A stretch of DNA of 64,000 nt, from contig JAMWCW010000006.1 in assembly GCA_023819145.1 (NCBI GenBank), positions 16,973 through 80,972 of the forward strand, in the 5' to 3' direction. How positions within the stretch are numbered: position 1 is the first letter of the stretch; each line of letters begins with the position of its first letter. Shown here piece after piece: positions 1 to 10,397 of the stretch. This stretch comes from Candidatus Omnitrophota bacterium. Its GTDB lineage: Bacteria > Omnitrophota > Gorgyraeia > DTHP01. Both the position numbers and the translations under genes were made by a program. The notes beneath the pieces are model-generated. The model did no database searches and was not told where the DNA came from. It worked only from the letters and a program-made list of their open reading frames with translations.

Positions 1-376
1 AACGAACAATCTTATTGTAAGAAGCATCTGGTCCTACGGGAACTGAATCGTGGGGAATGTTGGGAAGATTTAGAAGTAAATTCTTTAACTTTTTCTCTAA
101 ACTATCTAAATCACCTTCTAATTCTTTAATTTTACTACCAACTTTTTTAGACTCTATAATCTTTTCCTGGGCATTTTTTTTATCCTGCAATAACCTCCCT
201 ACTTCATCGGAAAGTAAATTTCTTTTCCGACGTAATTCTTCCAAATCGTTTAATAATCCTCTACGCTCGGTATCAATCCTTAGCAAATCATTAAGTAAAT
301 CGTCTTTCATTCCTCTGTTTTTAAGCGCAATTCTCACTTTATCGGGATTCTCCCGAATAAACTTAAGGTCAAGCAT
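1..376 (-). CDS. serS: Seryl-tRNA synthetase, N-terminal part only (the gene continues past the window start)
   Basis: The reverse-strand translation starting at the ATG at 374-376 reads MLDLKFIRENPDKVRIALKNRGMKDDLLNDLLRIDTERRGLLNDLEELRRKRN..., which is the typical SerS N-terminal coiled-coil arm. It is not in the ORF track because it is truncated at the window edge. Confidence 0.7.
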   Translation of the reverse strand, partial: MLDLKFIRENPDKVRIALKNRGMKDDLLNDLLRIDTERRGLLNDLEELRRKRNLLSDEVGRLLQDKKNAQEKIIESKKVGSKIKELEGDLDSLEKKLKNLLLNLPNIPHDSVPVGPDASYNKIVR

Positions 377-414
377 ATTTATCTCCTTTTTGGCTATTAT
401 ATAGCTAATAAAAA

Positions 415-1878
415 CTATCCTTTAATTACTCCCAGCGGTCTCATCCGACAGACAGTTTTAGATATGCCTGCCCGAGATACTACTTTAACTACATCGTTTA
501 CATCTTTATAGGCATCAGGAACCTCTTCGGCCAAAGTCCCTCTGCTTGAAGCCATTACAATAATCCCCTTTTCTTCCAATTCGCGCGAAACATTTCTCCC
601 TGAGCAAGACTTTATTGCTTGCGAACGCGACATAACTCTTCCAGCTCCGTGACAGGTGCTGTAGAAAGTTTCCTCTGCCTTACTCGTTCCTACAAGTAAA
701 TAAGAATTTCTCCCCATATCGCCGGGAATAATTACCGGCTGGCCAGTCTCTTTGTGCCGCGGCGGTAAATCAGGATGTCCGGGACCAAATGCACGGGTTG
801 CCCCTTTACGATGAACGCAAAGAGTTTTTTCTTTCCCATCGATTATATATCTTTCAAATTTAGCGATATTATGAGCAACATCATAAATTAAAAATATTCC
901 TAGTGTTTCCCAACTTTTATTGAATACGCGTTCAAAAACAATTCTCGTTAAGTGCATAAGACATTGCCGATTTGCCCAGGCATAATTTGCGGCACAGCGC
1001 ATCGCCGAAATATAAGCCTCTGCTTCTGGAGAATCTATGGGAGCACAAGCCAGTTGCCTATCAGGAAGATTAATATTATATTTACGCACTGCTTTACCCA
1101 TTGTTTCTAAATAATCATCACACACCTGATAACCTAAACCGCGTGAACCCGAATGAATCATAATTGTAATTTGCCCTTCTTCTAAACCAAATTTTTCTGC
1201 CAAACTTCTATCATAAATACCGTCTATTTCTTGAATTTCCAGAAAATGGTTTCCTGAACCAAGGGTCCCGGATTGCTTCTTACCGCGTTCGTACGCTTTT
1301 GCCGAAACATCCGCGGGGTCTGCTCCCCCAATACAACCCCCCTCTTCTGTGCATTCCAAATCTTCCTTTATACCATAACCTTTAGCTACTGCCCAGCGTG
1401 CTCCCTTAACTAACAATTCCTGTTCCTCCTGAACCGAAATTTTTATTTCCCCCGTAGAACCTACACCGGCAGGAATAGTATGAAATAAAGCAGTAATCAG
1501 TTCTTTAATTTTGGGCTTAATTTCATCAATAAATAAATTGGTTTTAACTAACCTGACACCACAGTTTATGTCATAACCAACTCCGCCAGGAGAAATCACT
1601 CCGCCTTTTTCGGGATTAGTTGCCGCTACTCCGCCAATGGGAAAGCCATAGCCCCAGTGGATATCTGGCATCGCTAAAGAATATTTTACAATCCCCGGTA
1701 AAAAACTAACATTCGCCACCTGCTCCGCTGCCTGGTCCTGACGAATATCATCAAGCATCTTTTCATCTGTATAGATTATCCCATCAACCTGCATTCCTGG
1801 TTTGTAAGTTTTAGGGATGCGAAAGCGATAATCATCAATCTTTTCTAAAGGACCATTCCAAGACACACCCATTTTCAC
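415..1878 (-). CDS. rtcB: RNA-splicing ligase RtcB (3'-phosphate/5'-hydroxyl nucleic acid ligase)
   Basis: 487 aa. RtcB family hallmarks are present (NHFLE, HSGSRGLG, CHGAGR metal/GTP-binding motifs). It sits next to an archease gene. Confidence 0.9.
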   Translation of the reverse strand: MKMGVSWNGPLEKIDDYRFRIPKTYKPGMQVDGIIYTDEKMLDDIRQDQAAEQVANVSFLPGIVKYSLAMPDIHWGYGFPIGGVAATNPEKGGVISPGGVGYDINCGVRLVKTNLFIDEIKPKIKELITALFHTIPAGVGSTGEIKISVQEEQELLVKGARWAVAKGYGIKEDLECTEEGGCIGGADPADVSAKAYERGKKQSGTLGSGNHFLEIQEIDGIYDRSLAEKFGLEEGQITIMIHSGSRGLGYQVCDDYLETMGKAVRKYNINLPDRQLACAPIDSPEAEAYISAMRCAANYAWANRQCLMHLTRIVFERVFNKSWETLGIFLIYDVAHNIAKFERYIIDGKEKTLCVHRKGATRAFGPGHPDLPPRHKETGQPVIIPGDMGRNSYLLVGTSKAEETFYSTCHGAGRVMSRSQAIKSCSGRNVSRELEEKGIIVMASSRGTLAEEVPDAYKDVNDVVKVVSRAGISKTVCRMRPLGVIKG

Positions 1879-1926
1879 AACTCCTTTAGCATAATTTCGC
1901 GTTAAATTTAGCGTGTTTTCGCGGTA

Positions 1927-2346
1927 TTAGACATCAAAGATTATCTGCGTTGTATATAAATTCTCTTTTTTTCTAATTTCTATCTGATGGTAGGTTACTG
2001 CTTTTATTTCTTTTTTTAAAATGTGCCTCTGGGGATTAAATTTTTCACCTTCGGCAAACCCTTTTATTTCGTTGGAGGTAAGTTGCAATATCTGAAAATT
2101 CCTAAAGAGATATTCATCAATAGCATAATAACTGTGTAAACGCCGAAGCCAATTGATTAAAAGTTCATTCTGGTCCTCAGAAGCTATGGTTAGTTCTATC
2201 TTGTCCTTTGCGCTCACCCTTTCCAACTCTGTAATCAAATCAAACAGCGCATAGGCGGAATTTAAAAAGATTTCTTCTAACGACCTGCCATAAACTTCTA
2301 TCCCTAAATCGGCAGTATGTGAAATGAGTCGATACTTTTCCATCAA
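1927..2346 (-). CDS. Archease (RtcB activator/chaperone)
   Basis: 139 aa. The N-terminus is archease-like (YRLISHTADLGIEVYG) and the size fits. It lies immediately upstream of rtcB on the same strand, which is the conserved rtcB-archease pairing. Confidence 0.75.
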   Translation of the reverse strand: MMEKYRLISHTADLGIEVYGRSLEEIFLNSAYALFDLITELERVSAKDKIELTIASEDQNELLINWLRRLHSYYAIDEYLFRNFQILQLTSNEIKGFAEGEKFNPQRHILKKEIKAVTYHQIEIRKKENLYTTQIIFDV

Positions 2347-2408
2347 CGGTGGGTTAAAACCTCCGAGAAAAACTATCTTTCCGCAACCATCCTTTAGAAC
2401 TTGCGAAA

Positions 2409-2469
2409 CCAGTAAGCAAACTCCTCGGGCCGCCCGAGTCTTGATCTCGGCACTCCGGATTTAAAAACC
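2409..2469 (-). repeat. Direct repeat of the tRNA-Lys 3' half plus 17 nt of downstream flank (about 55 of 62 nt identical to 2572-2635)
   Basis: ccagtaagcaaactcct[c/t]gggccgcccgagtct[t/c]gatctcggcactcc...ttaaaaa occurs twice in the same orientation about 160 nt apart. The second copy cannot fold into a full tRNA because no 5' acceptor or D arm is present. Confidence 0.7.
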
Positions 2470-2480
2470 TCCACTTCTTA

Positions 2481-2500
2481 GGAGGGGACTAGTCCCCTCC
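2481..2500. other. Perfect 20-nt palindrome/hairpin GGAGGGGACTAGTCCCCTCC between the two tRNA-Lys repeat copies. A second, imperfect hairpin is at 2526-2551.
   Basis: Read directly: ggaggggact agtcccctcc is self-complementary. cctgaaagg-N8-cccttcagg forms an 8 of 9 bp stem. Confidence 0.6.
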
Positions 2501-2588
2501 TAACGTTTCACTGTTCTCCGCTAATCCTGAAAGGAACTTCTTCCCTTCAGGCATCACTTCGAGTTCTTCGACCAGTAAGCAAACTCCT

Positions 2589-2661
2589 TGGGCCGCCCGA
2601 GTCTCGATCTCGGCACTCCAGGCTTAAAAAGCCTGTGCTCTACCGGCTGAGCTAGCGGCCC
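2589..2661 (-). tRNA. tRNA-Lys (anticodon UUU)
   Basis: Hand-folded cloverleaf on the minus strand: GGGCCGC-TA-GCTC-AGCCGGT-AGAGC-A-CAGGC-TTTTTAA-GCCTG-GAGTG-CCGAG-ATCGAGA-CTCGG-GCGGCCC-A. All four stems pair. The anticodon loop TTTTTAA gives anticodon TTT. The T-loop is ATCGAGA (A at position 54 instead of T). CCA is not encoded. Confidence 0.75.
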
Positions 2662-2702
2662 GCATCTTAAAAATTGCTAAAATATCTTTGTTAATCTGGA
2701 TC

Positions 2703-3266
2703 TTAGATTTCCAGAATTTCTTTTTCCTTTATCTTCAGAATCTCATCAATCTGCTTTATATATTTATCGGTGAGTTTCTGAACTTCTTCCTGATTGCGGA
2801 AGGAATCGTCTTCACCTATCAGTTTATCTTTTTCCAACTTTCTAATCTGCTCATTAGCATCATGGCGAATAGAACGAATCGCTACCCGGCCATCTTCTGC
2901 CATCTTCTTAACCACTTTAATAAGTTCTTCTCTTCTCTCCTTACTGAGAGGAGGGATAGAAAGCTTAATAACCTTCCCGTCATTTATAGGAGTAAGTCCT
3001 AAATTTGCTCTGAGGATTTCTTTTTCTACTTCTGCTAATGCAGATTGATCCCAAGGTTGAATAATAATTAATTTGGGCTCGGGTATAGAAATAGTTGCCA
3101 ACTGCCGTAAAGGGGTTAAAGTCCCATAATAGTTTATTTTTATATGGTCAAGTAAAGTGGGCGAAGCGCGTGATGTCCGAACAGTGGCAAATTCCCGTTG
3201 AATAACTTCAATGGTTTTATGCATCTTTTCTTCTGTTTGGTGTAAAACTTCCTTTACCGTAGCCAT
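2703..3266 (-). CDS. frr: Ribosome recycling factor
   Basis: 187 aa, MATVKEVL...typical RRF length and sequence. It is the last gene of the rpsB-tsf-pyrH-frr array. Confidence 0.93.
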   Translation of the reverse strand: MATVKEVLHQTEEKMHKTIEVIQREFATVRTSRASPTLLDHIKINYYGTLTPLRQLATISIPEPKLIIIQPWDQSALAEVEKEILRANLGLTPINDGKVIKLSIPPLSKERREELIKVVKKMAEDGRVAIRSIRHDANEQIRKLEKDKLIGEDDSFRNQEEVQKLTDKYIKQIDEILKIKEKEILEI

Positions 3267-3275
3267 ACACCCTCC

Positions 3276-4581
<1,306 letters not shown>

Positions 4582-4598
4582 AAATTTAAACCTCCTTC

Positions 4599-5450
4599 CT
4601 AAGCATTCTTTCCGCGAATTTTCACTGCCTTATGTGGTTTTTTCTCTTCTTTCTTTTCTACCTTTTCTTCGATTTCCTCAGGTATCTCGGGAACCTCTAC
4701 CCTTACATCTTCTTTTGTCTCCTCTTTTATCTCTTCTTTAGCATCTTTAGGAGCAAACTGAGCAAATTTTTTCTTGCCTTCGGTTATACTATCGACAATC
4801 TTTGTAGTAATAAATCTTATCGAACGAATCGCATCATCATTTCCAGGTATAGGGTAGGTAATAAAAGTAGGATCACAGTTAGTATCAATCAACGCAACAA
4901 TGGGAATAGAAAGACGAATTGCTTCCTTAACGGCAATTTCTTCTATTTTGGGGTCAATTATATAAAGAGCAGCGGGAATTTTCTTCATAGTTACAATCCC
5001 ACCTAAATTCCTCTCCAATCTGAGAAGTTCTTTACTCAGTCTCGAAGCCTCTTTTTTAGAAAGTTTCGCGAATAAACCGTTTTCTTTCATCTTGATAAGC
5101 TCTTCAAAACGTTTGATACTTTTCTTTATTGTTTCAAAATTTGTAAGTATCCCCCCTAACCAACGAATGTTCACAAATGGAGACCCACATCGCTTCGCTT
5201 CTTCCTCTACAATGGTCTGTGCCTGTTTTTTGGTCCCCACCAACAATACCTCTCCTCCTTTGGCACTTATTTCCTCTAAAAATTTGCAGGCAGTGGCAAG
5301 ACAATCAGCGGTTTTTTCCAAGTCAATGATTAAAACACCGTTGCGTTCTCCAAAAACAAAATTTTTCATCCGTGGATTCCAGCGTTTTCTGTGGTGCCCA
5401 AAATGGACCCCCGCTTCTAAAAGTTCCCTCACGAGTTCAATTATCGCCAT
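4599..5450 (-). CDS. rpsB: 30S ribosomal protein S2 with a Lys/Glu-rich C-terminal extension
   Basis: 283 aa, [14 protein letters not shown]..., canonical S2. The last 60 aa or so are a charged low-complexity tail. Confidence 0.93.
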   Translation of the reverse strand: MAIIELVRELLEAGVHFGHHRKRWNPRMKNFVFGERNGVLIIDLEKTADCLATACKFLEEISAKGGEVLLVGTKKQAQTIVEEEAKRCGSPFVNIRWLGGILTNFETIKKSIKRFEELIKMKENGLFAKLSKKEASRLSKELLRLERNLGGIVTMKKIPAALYIIDPKIEEIAVKEAIRLSIPIVALIDTNCDPTFITYPIPGNDDAIRSIRFITTKIVDSITEGKKKFAQFAPKDAKEEIKEETKEDVRVEVPEIPEEIEEKVEKKEEKKPHKAVKIRGKNA

Positions 5451-5529
5451 CTCATTCCTCCTTTTTTATTTTTATGGGCTAAATTTTAAAAATTTAGTAT
5501 ATCACAAATCAATACCTTATGCAATTCTT

Positions 5530-7320
5530 TTAGGAAACTAAACTCTGCATTTCATACATATCTTTATAAATCATACATTTACTCATTAGTTCTTCATGAT
5601 TGCCCATTTCTGCTATTTTACCACCTTGTAAAACAACTATTCTATCTGCATTCTTTATCGTAGAAAGCCGATGAGCAATAATTAATACCGTACGGTCCTG
5701 CATCAATCGTTCCAGTGCCTCTTGGACAATCCGCTCAGATGTGCTATCAAGTTGGGAAGTGGCTTCATCAAGAATGAGTATCGAGGGATTTTTCAACACC
5801 GCTCTAGCAATTGCCAGCCTCTGTCTTTCACCGCCGGAAAGTTTTGCTCCGTGTTCACCGATTAAAGTATTGTATCCCTCGGGCAACTGCACGATAAAAT
5901 CATGAGCGTTGGCTATTTTTGCAGCCTTCGTTATTTCATCCAAAGACGCTCCGGGTCTACCATAAGAGATATTCAACATTACGGTGTCATTAAAAAGAAG
6001 TGTTTCTTGCGTGACAATGCCTATATGAGAACGCAAAGATTTTATACTCAACTCCCTTAAATCTATACCATCTATCAAAATCTTGCCTTCGGTAGGGTCG
6101 TAGAAACGTGGTATAAGGTTAACTAAGGTAGTCTTCCCTGAACCCGTAGGGCCTACAATAGCCACAATCTCTCCTTTTCTAACCTTAAGATTTATATCTT
6201 TAAGAACATCTTTTTCCTCATAAGAAAAACTTACATTCTCAAAGACTAACTCTTTCTCAAAAGATTTCATTATATAGGGACAAGAAACTTCTTTTACTGA
6301 AGGTTGCTTATCTAATATCTCAAATACCCTTCCCACCGCAGCCAAAGCCTGCTGATTTATGGTATATACTTTACTCAGACGCTTAAAGGGTTTAAGCAAA
6401 GAAAGCAGGGAGCCTAAAAAAAGCACAAAGACCCCAAAAGAAATCCTGCCATAGATTACTTCTTTACCACCTAAATAAAGCACAAAAACTCCTGCACAGG
6501 CACCAAAAAATTCTGTAACCGGGCCAAGCACAAGACTCTTTTTGATAGCACTGAGAATAAGGTGATAAAAGTTGTGGTTATACTCTCTGAACTTTTTAAT
6601 CTCATAATCTTCCATCGAAAATGCCTTAACAATTCTTACCCCTGTAATCGATTCATAAAGTACGGTATTAATTTCTGCCATTTTCTCCTGCGCGCGTTTA
6701 CTTATTTTGCGCAGCATTTTTCCTATACGGAAAGCAGGTAATCCAATCAGAGGAAGCAGGATAAAAGAAATTAAGGCAAGCTTGGGCTGAATGAAAAAAA
6801 TAATAAATGTAAAAAGTAAAAGCTGCAGAGAGAAGAAAATAAAATCTGCCAACGCCTCAGATATGGCAATCTGAACCCATCCTACATCGTAGGTAATTCG
6901 AGAAACTAAAGCTCCTGTCTTAGAACGGACATAAAAATCTAAAGAAAGAGATTGAATTTTCTCATAAATAAGATTTCTTATATCACGCATTATCCTCTGA
7001 CTTACCAGATTCATAAGGTAACCTTGTAAAAAAGTAGTTATTCCTTTGAGGGTAAAGAGAATGATAATCAAAATAGCGGTTATTTTTAGCAAAACAAGGC
7101 TGGGAGTATTATTTATCACCTCAATGATTTCTGTAAGAAAAGAAGGTAAACTGCGTGAGAGAATAATTTTTTTACCGCTAAGAATATTATCCGCAAGCGG
7201 AACAAGCATCCCTAAGGAAACGCCATCGAAAAGGGTAGAAATAACCATAGTTAATATCGCTAAAAGCAAAATAAAACCATAGGGCTGAACAAATTTTAAC
7301 AATCTTAAATATAGCTTCAT
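5530..7320 (-). CDS. ABC transporter, fused permease/ATPase (MsbA/lipid A exporter family)
   Basis: 596 aa. It has six N-terminal TM helices, Walker A GPTGSGKTT, the LSGGERQRLAIARA signature and Walker B ILILDEATSQLD. Confidence 0.85.
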   Translation of the reverse strand: MKLYLRLLKFVQPYGFILLLAILTMVISTLFDGVSLGMLVPLADNILSGKKIILSRSLPSFLTEIIEVINNTPSLVLLKITAILIIILFTLKGITTFLQGYLMNLVSQRIMRDIRNLIYEKIQSLSLDFYVRSKTGALVSRITYDVGWVQIAISEALADFIFFSLQLLLFTFIIFFIQPKLALISFILLPLIGLPAFRIGKMLRKISKRAQEKMAEINTVLYESITGVRIVKAFSMEDYEIKKFREYNHNFYHLILSAIKKSLVLGPVTEFFGACAGVFVLYLGGKEVIYGRISFGVFVLFLGSLLSLLKPFKRLSKVYTINQQALAAVGRVFEILDKQPSVKEVSCPYIMKSFEKELVFENVSFSYEEKDVLKDINLKVRKGEIVAIVGPTGSGKTTLVNLIPRFYDPTEGKILIDGIDLRELSIKSLRSHIGIVTQETLLFNDTVMLNISYGRPGASLDEITKAAKIANAHDFIVQLPEGYNTLIGEHGAKLSGGERQRLAIARAVLKNPSILILDEATSQLDSTSERIVQEALERLMQDRTVLIIAHRLSTIKNADRIVVLQGGKIAEMGNHEELMSKCMIYKDMYEMQSLVS

Positions 7321-7324
7321 TTTT

Positions 7325-8335
7325 TTACAAACCGACTCCTTCTATTTGCGTATTACAAAAATGACAGTAAGAATTATCTATGTTGTATTCCAAGACCTGA
7401 AAACCATATCTTCTAATAACCTTTTTCTTACAACCGTAGCAATAGGTATCTTCTCCTTCATCTCCAGGAACATTTCCCGCATAGACATACTTAAGCCCCA
7501 CTTCTAAACCTATCTCTCTTGCCTTGTGTAAAGCACGAAGAGGAGTAGGAGAAACATCATCCATCTTATAATGCGGATAGAATCTGCTAATATGCCAGGG
7601 AGTTTCATTACCTAAACTATAAATAAACTCGGCACAATTCCTTATCTCTTGCTCACTATCATTAAGCCCAGGAATAAGCAAAGTGGTTACCTCTAACCAG
7701 ATATTCATTTTTTTCATTATTTTTAAAGATTCCAAAATCGGCTCAAGTCTTGCTCCGCATATATTTTTATAAAAACCACTGCTGAACGACTTTAGGTCAA
7801 CATTGGCTGCATCTAAATAACCAAGAGCATCACTCAATAACTCCTCTGTCATGTAGCCATTGGTAACAAAATTATTATAAAGACCTCGTTTTTTCGCCAG
7901 CCTCATTATTTCTTTATAATAATCATAAGCGATTGTGGGTTCAGTGTAGGTATAAGAAAGACTCTTGCATCCATACTCTATGGCTGAATCTACTACTACT
8001 TCAGGAGCAACTTCCTCTCCAAAAATTTCTCCCTTGCTTCTCACTATTTGAGAAATCTCATAATTCTGACAGAAATCGCATTTAAAATTGCACCCCACGG
8101 TAGCAACTGAATAAGCAAGGGAACCGGGGAAAAAGTGGAAAAAAGGCTTTTTTTCAATAGGGTCTACATGTTGAGAAATCAATTTCCCGTAAACAAGACT
8201 ATAGAGAATACCTTTTATATTCTCCCTTACTCCGCAAATTCCCTTTTTACCATCAGCAATTAAACAACGATGATTACAGAGAAAACAACGGACATTGTTT
8301 CCTGCAAGCTTCTCATAAAATTCTGCCTCTCTCAT
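7325..8335 (-). CDS. AmmeMemoRadiSam-system radical SAM enzyme
   Basis: 336 aa. It has an N-terminal CxxC-x-C...C cysteine cluster (CFLCNHRC...GICG) followed by the radical SAM motif GCNFKCDFCQN, the pattern characteristic of this family. The partner Memo and AMMECR1 genes are at 20255-22269. Confidence 0.7.
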   Translation of the reverse strand: MREAEFYEKLAGNNVRCFLCNHRCLIADGKKGICGVRENIKGILYSLVYGKLISQHVDPIEKKPFFHFFPGSLAYSVATVGCNFKCDFCQNYEISQIVRSKGEIFGEEVAPEVVVDSAIEYGCKSLSYTYTEPTIAYDYYKEIMRLAKKRGLYNNFVTNGYMTEELLSDALGYLDAANVDLKSFSSGFYKNICGARLEPILESLKIMKKMNIWLEVTTLLIPGLNDSEQEIRNCAEFIYSLGNETPWHISRFYPHYKMDDVSPTPLRALHKAREIGLEVGLKYVYAGNVPGDEGEDTYCYGCKKKVIRRYGFQVLEYNIDNSYCHFCNTQIEGVGL

Positions 8336-8658
8336 ATCTTTCTCAAAGTATCCTCCAAGAAATTCTTAAGCTGTATCTTTGTCTGACTTCCTGCCGTCTG
8401 AGCGATGACTTTCCCTTGGCTAAAAACCAGCATGGTAGGAATAGACATTATTCCGTAGCGCCCCGCAATTTCAGGAAAACTGTCTACATTTATTTTCACA
8501 AAACTAAATCTATCTTTATACTCCTCGGCTAAAGAATCGATTATCGGACTAACTGCCCTGCAAGGTCCACACCACTCTGCCCAGAAATCTACAAATACCG
8601 GAAACTTCGAATCTAAAACATCTTTTTGAAAATCTTTCGCAGTAATTTCTTTAACCAT
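8332..8658 (-). CDS. trxA: Thioredoxin
   Basis: WAEWCGPC active site. I place the start at the internal ATG at 8656-8658, which is preceded by GAGGAGG and does not overlap the trxB stop. The ORF-track start at 8673 is a TTG. Confidence 0.9.
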   Translation of the reverse strand: MVKEITAKDFQKDVLDSKFPVFVDFWAEWCGPCRAVSPIIDSLAEEYKDRFSFVKINVDSFPEIAGRYGIMSIPTMLVFSQGKVIAQTAGSQTKIQLKNFLEDTLRKI

Positions 8659-9586
8659 GTCTAACCTCCTCAATATACTTCTCTGCTGAGATTGCTGCTA
8701 GAGCTCCCTCGGCACAAGCATTAACCACCTGTTTCAAGTTATTCTTCCGCACATCTCCACAGGCAAAGATGCCTTCTTGTGAAGTTTGAAGTTTTTCGTC
8801 TGTAACAACAAACCCCTGCTCATCCAATTTAAGCATCCCTTTAACAAACTCCGTCTGAGGTTTTAAACCAACAAAAATAAATACTCCCTCACAAGCTATG
8901 AAATCTTCTTTTTCGCTCCTTAGATTCTTAACCTTTATCCCTTTTACTCTTTCTCCGCCTTCGATTTTCAAAACAACCGTATCCCAATGAACTTCTAAAT
9001 TTTGCAAAGCAAAAATTTTCTCCTGAAGAATCTTTGCTCCCCTTAACCTATCGCGACGATGGATAAGAAAAATTTTCTTCGCAAAGCGGCTTAAAAAAAT
9101 CGTTTCCTCCAATGCTGTGTCACCACCTCCTACCACCGCTATTTCTTTATGCTGAAACAAAGGACCATCGCAGGTCCCACAATAAGACACTCCCTTCCCT
9201 AATAACTCTAATTCGCCAGGAACCCCCAATTCTTTATATCGCGTACCCGCTGCAACCACTACTGCAAAAGACCGATAAATTTGCTCTTCTTGCGTGGTAA
9301 TTATTTTTTCTTTACCCTTTATGTCTATTTCAATCACCTCAGCCTCTTTAAACTCTGCACCAAATTTCTCTGCTTGTTTCTTCATTTCTTCAGCAAAAAC
9401 ATAGGAACTTACAGGTTCACTAAAACCTGGATAGTTCTCTATTCTTTGGGTAAATAATAACTGGCCTCCGAAAGAAGTCTTTTCTAAAACAAGTGTTCTG
9501 AGGCGAGCTCTCCCTGCGTATATCGCACAAGAAAGGCCTGCAGGTCCTCCACCGATAATAATCAAATCATAAATGTCTTCTCTCAT
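8651..9586 (-). CDS. trxB: Thioredoxin-disulfide reductase
   Basis: 311 aa, FAD site IIGGGPAG, redox-active CGTCDG, NAD(P)H site GGGDTA. Confidence 0.9.
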   Translation of the reverse strand: MREDIYDLIIIGGGPAGLSCAIYAGRARLRTLVLEKTSFGGQLLFTQRIENYPGFSEPVSSYVFAEEMKKQAEKFGAEFKEAEVIEIDIKGKEKIITTQEEQIYRSFAVVVAAGTRYKELGVPGELELLGKGVSYCGTCDGPLFQHKEIAVVGGGDTALEETIFLSRFAKKIFLIHRRDRLRGAKILQEKIFALQNLEVHWDTVVLKIEGGERVKGIKVKNLRSEKEDFIACEGVFIFVGLKPQTEFVKGMLKLDEQGFVVTDEKLQTSQEGIFACGDVRKNNLKQVVNACAEGALAAISAEKYIEEVRHG

Positions 9587-10380
9587 TCTATGATCTCTAT
9601 CTGGCTGGGATGTCTTACGACTATCTCCGGGCCTGAATAATATTTAATTTTACCACATACCTTTATTTTTTTTCCAATATAATATGTAGAAGGTTCTATT
9701 TTAGAGGAGAAAAAATACTTTAAGTCGTCCCTGAAAATGGCTATTTTAAAATCATTCTTTTTTGCCTGCCCAAAATTCAAGATTAATACCTTTTCCTGTT
9801 CTTTTACTTTACTCACTCTACCCACAACCTCTGCCAATTCTCCAATATGATTCTTTGCTTCTTCAGCATTAATACTGCCTTTTGCATATATCTTCCAAAT
9901 ACCGCGTTCCTCCTCTCTTGCTTTTTTCTGAAGAGAAACAAATTTATCCACATATTTAACATTTGGCGGCAAAGTATAAAGGAAGGCAAGCCCTTCCTCA
10001 ATGAGCTTGGCATTAACAAGTGTATCATCTACAAAAACGTAACAAAGAAGTCTTCCGTATTTATCTTTCTTTTCGAGATCGTATTCCAAGCGAACCCATT
10101 TTTTCTCTACCAACATCTGATTCAACTCCTTTGCCTCTAAGGCAAAAGGTTGAGGAGCATAAACCCATTTATCTTTCTCCTTTTTTCTTACCTCTGGAGT
10201 ATCTATGCCAATATAACGTATAACTTTTTCTCCCTTTATAACCACTGTATCTCCATCGATAACCTTCTCTACAAAGGCTTTTTTAGGTAAGCCTAATTCA
10301 TGAAAGAAATTTGATAAAGAAATAATTACTAAAGCACATAAAATATTTCTTAATTTTAACATCGTCTCTAAAAATCCCAA
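9583..10380 (-). CDS. Secreted thermonuclease (SNase-like) with a C-terminal OB-fold-like domain
   Basis: 265 aa. It has a signal/TM N-terminus and staphylococcal-nuclease motifs (VIDGDT, IRYIGIDTPE, YGRLL.YVFVDD). Its stop/start overlaps trxB (ATGA). Confidence 0.7.
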   Translation of the reverse strand: MGFLETMLKLRNILCALVIISLSNFFHELGLPKKAFVEKVIDGDTVVIKGEKVIRYIGIDTPEVRKKEKDKWVYAPQPFALEAKELNQMLVEKKWVRLEYDLEKKDKYGRLLCYVFVDDTLVNAKLIEEGLAFLYTLPPNVKYVDKFVSLQKKAREEERGIWKIYAKGSINAEEAKNHIGELAEVVGRVSKVKEQEKVLILNFGQAKKNDFKIAIFRDDLKYFFSSKIEPSTYYIGKKIKVCGKIKYYSGPEIVVRHPSQIEIIE

Positions 10381-10397
10381 GTTCAGAATTTCGAATT

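Noticed and set aside
57-404. 115-aa plus-strand ORF at the window start
   Set aside because: It is low-complexity, and the opposite strand encodes a convincing SerS N-terminal coiled-coil domain. The plus ORF is an antisense artefact.
2409-2661. Integrated mobile element between the tRNA-Lys direct repeats (and likewise at 58898-59140 for tRNA-Phe)
   Set aside because: The repeats are only about 100-160 nt apart, and no integrase, excisionase or cargo is encoded between them. At most this is a scar, not a resident element. No integrase or transposase is recognisable anywhere in the window.
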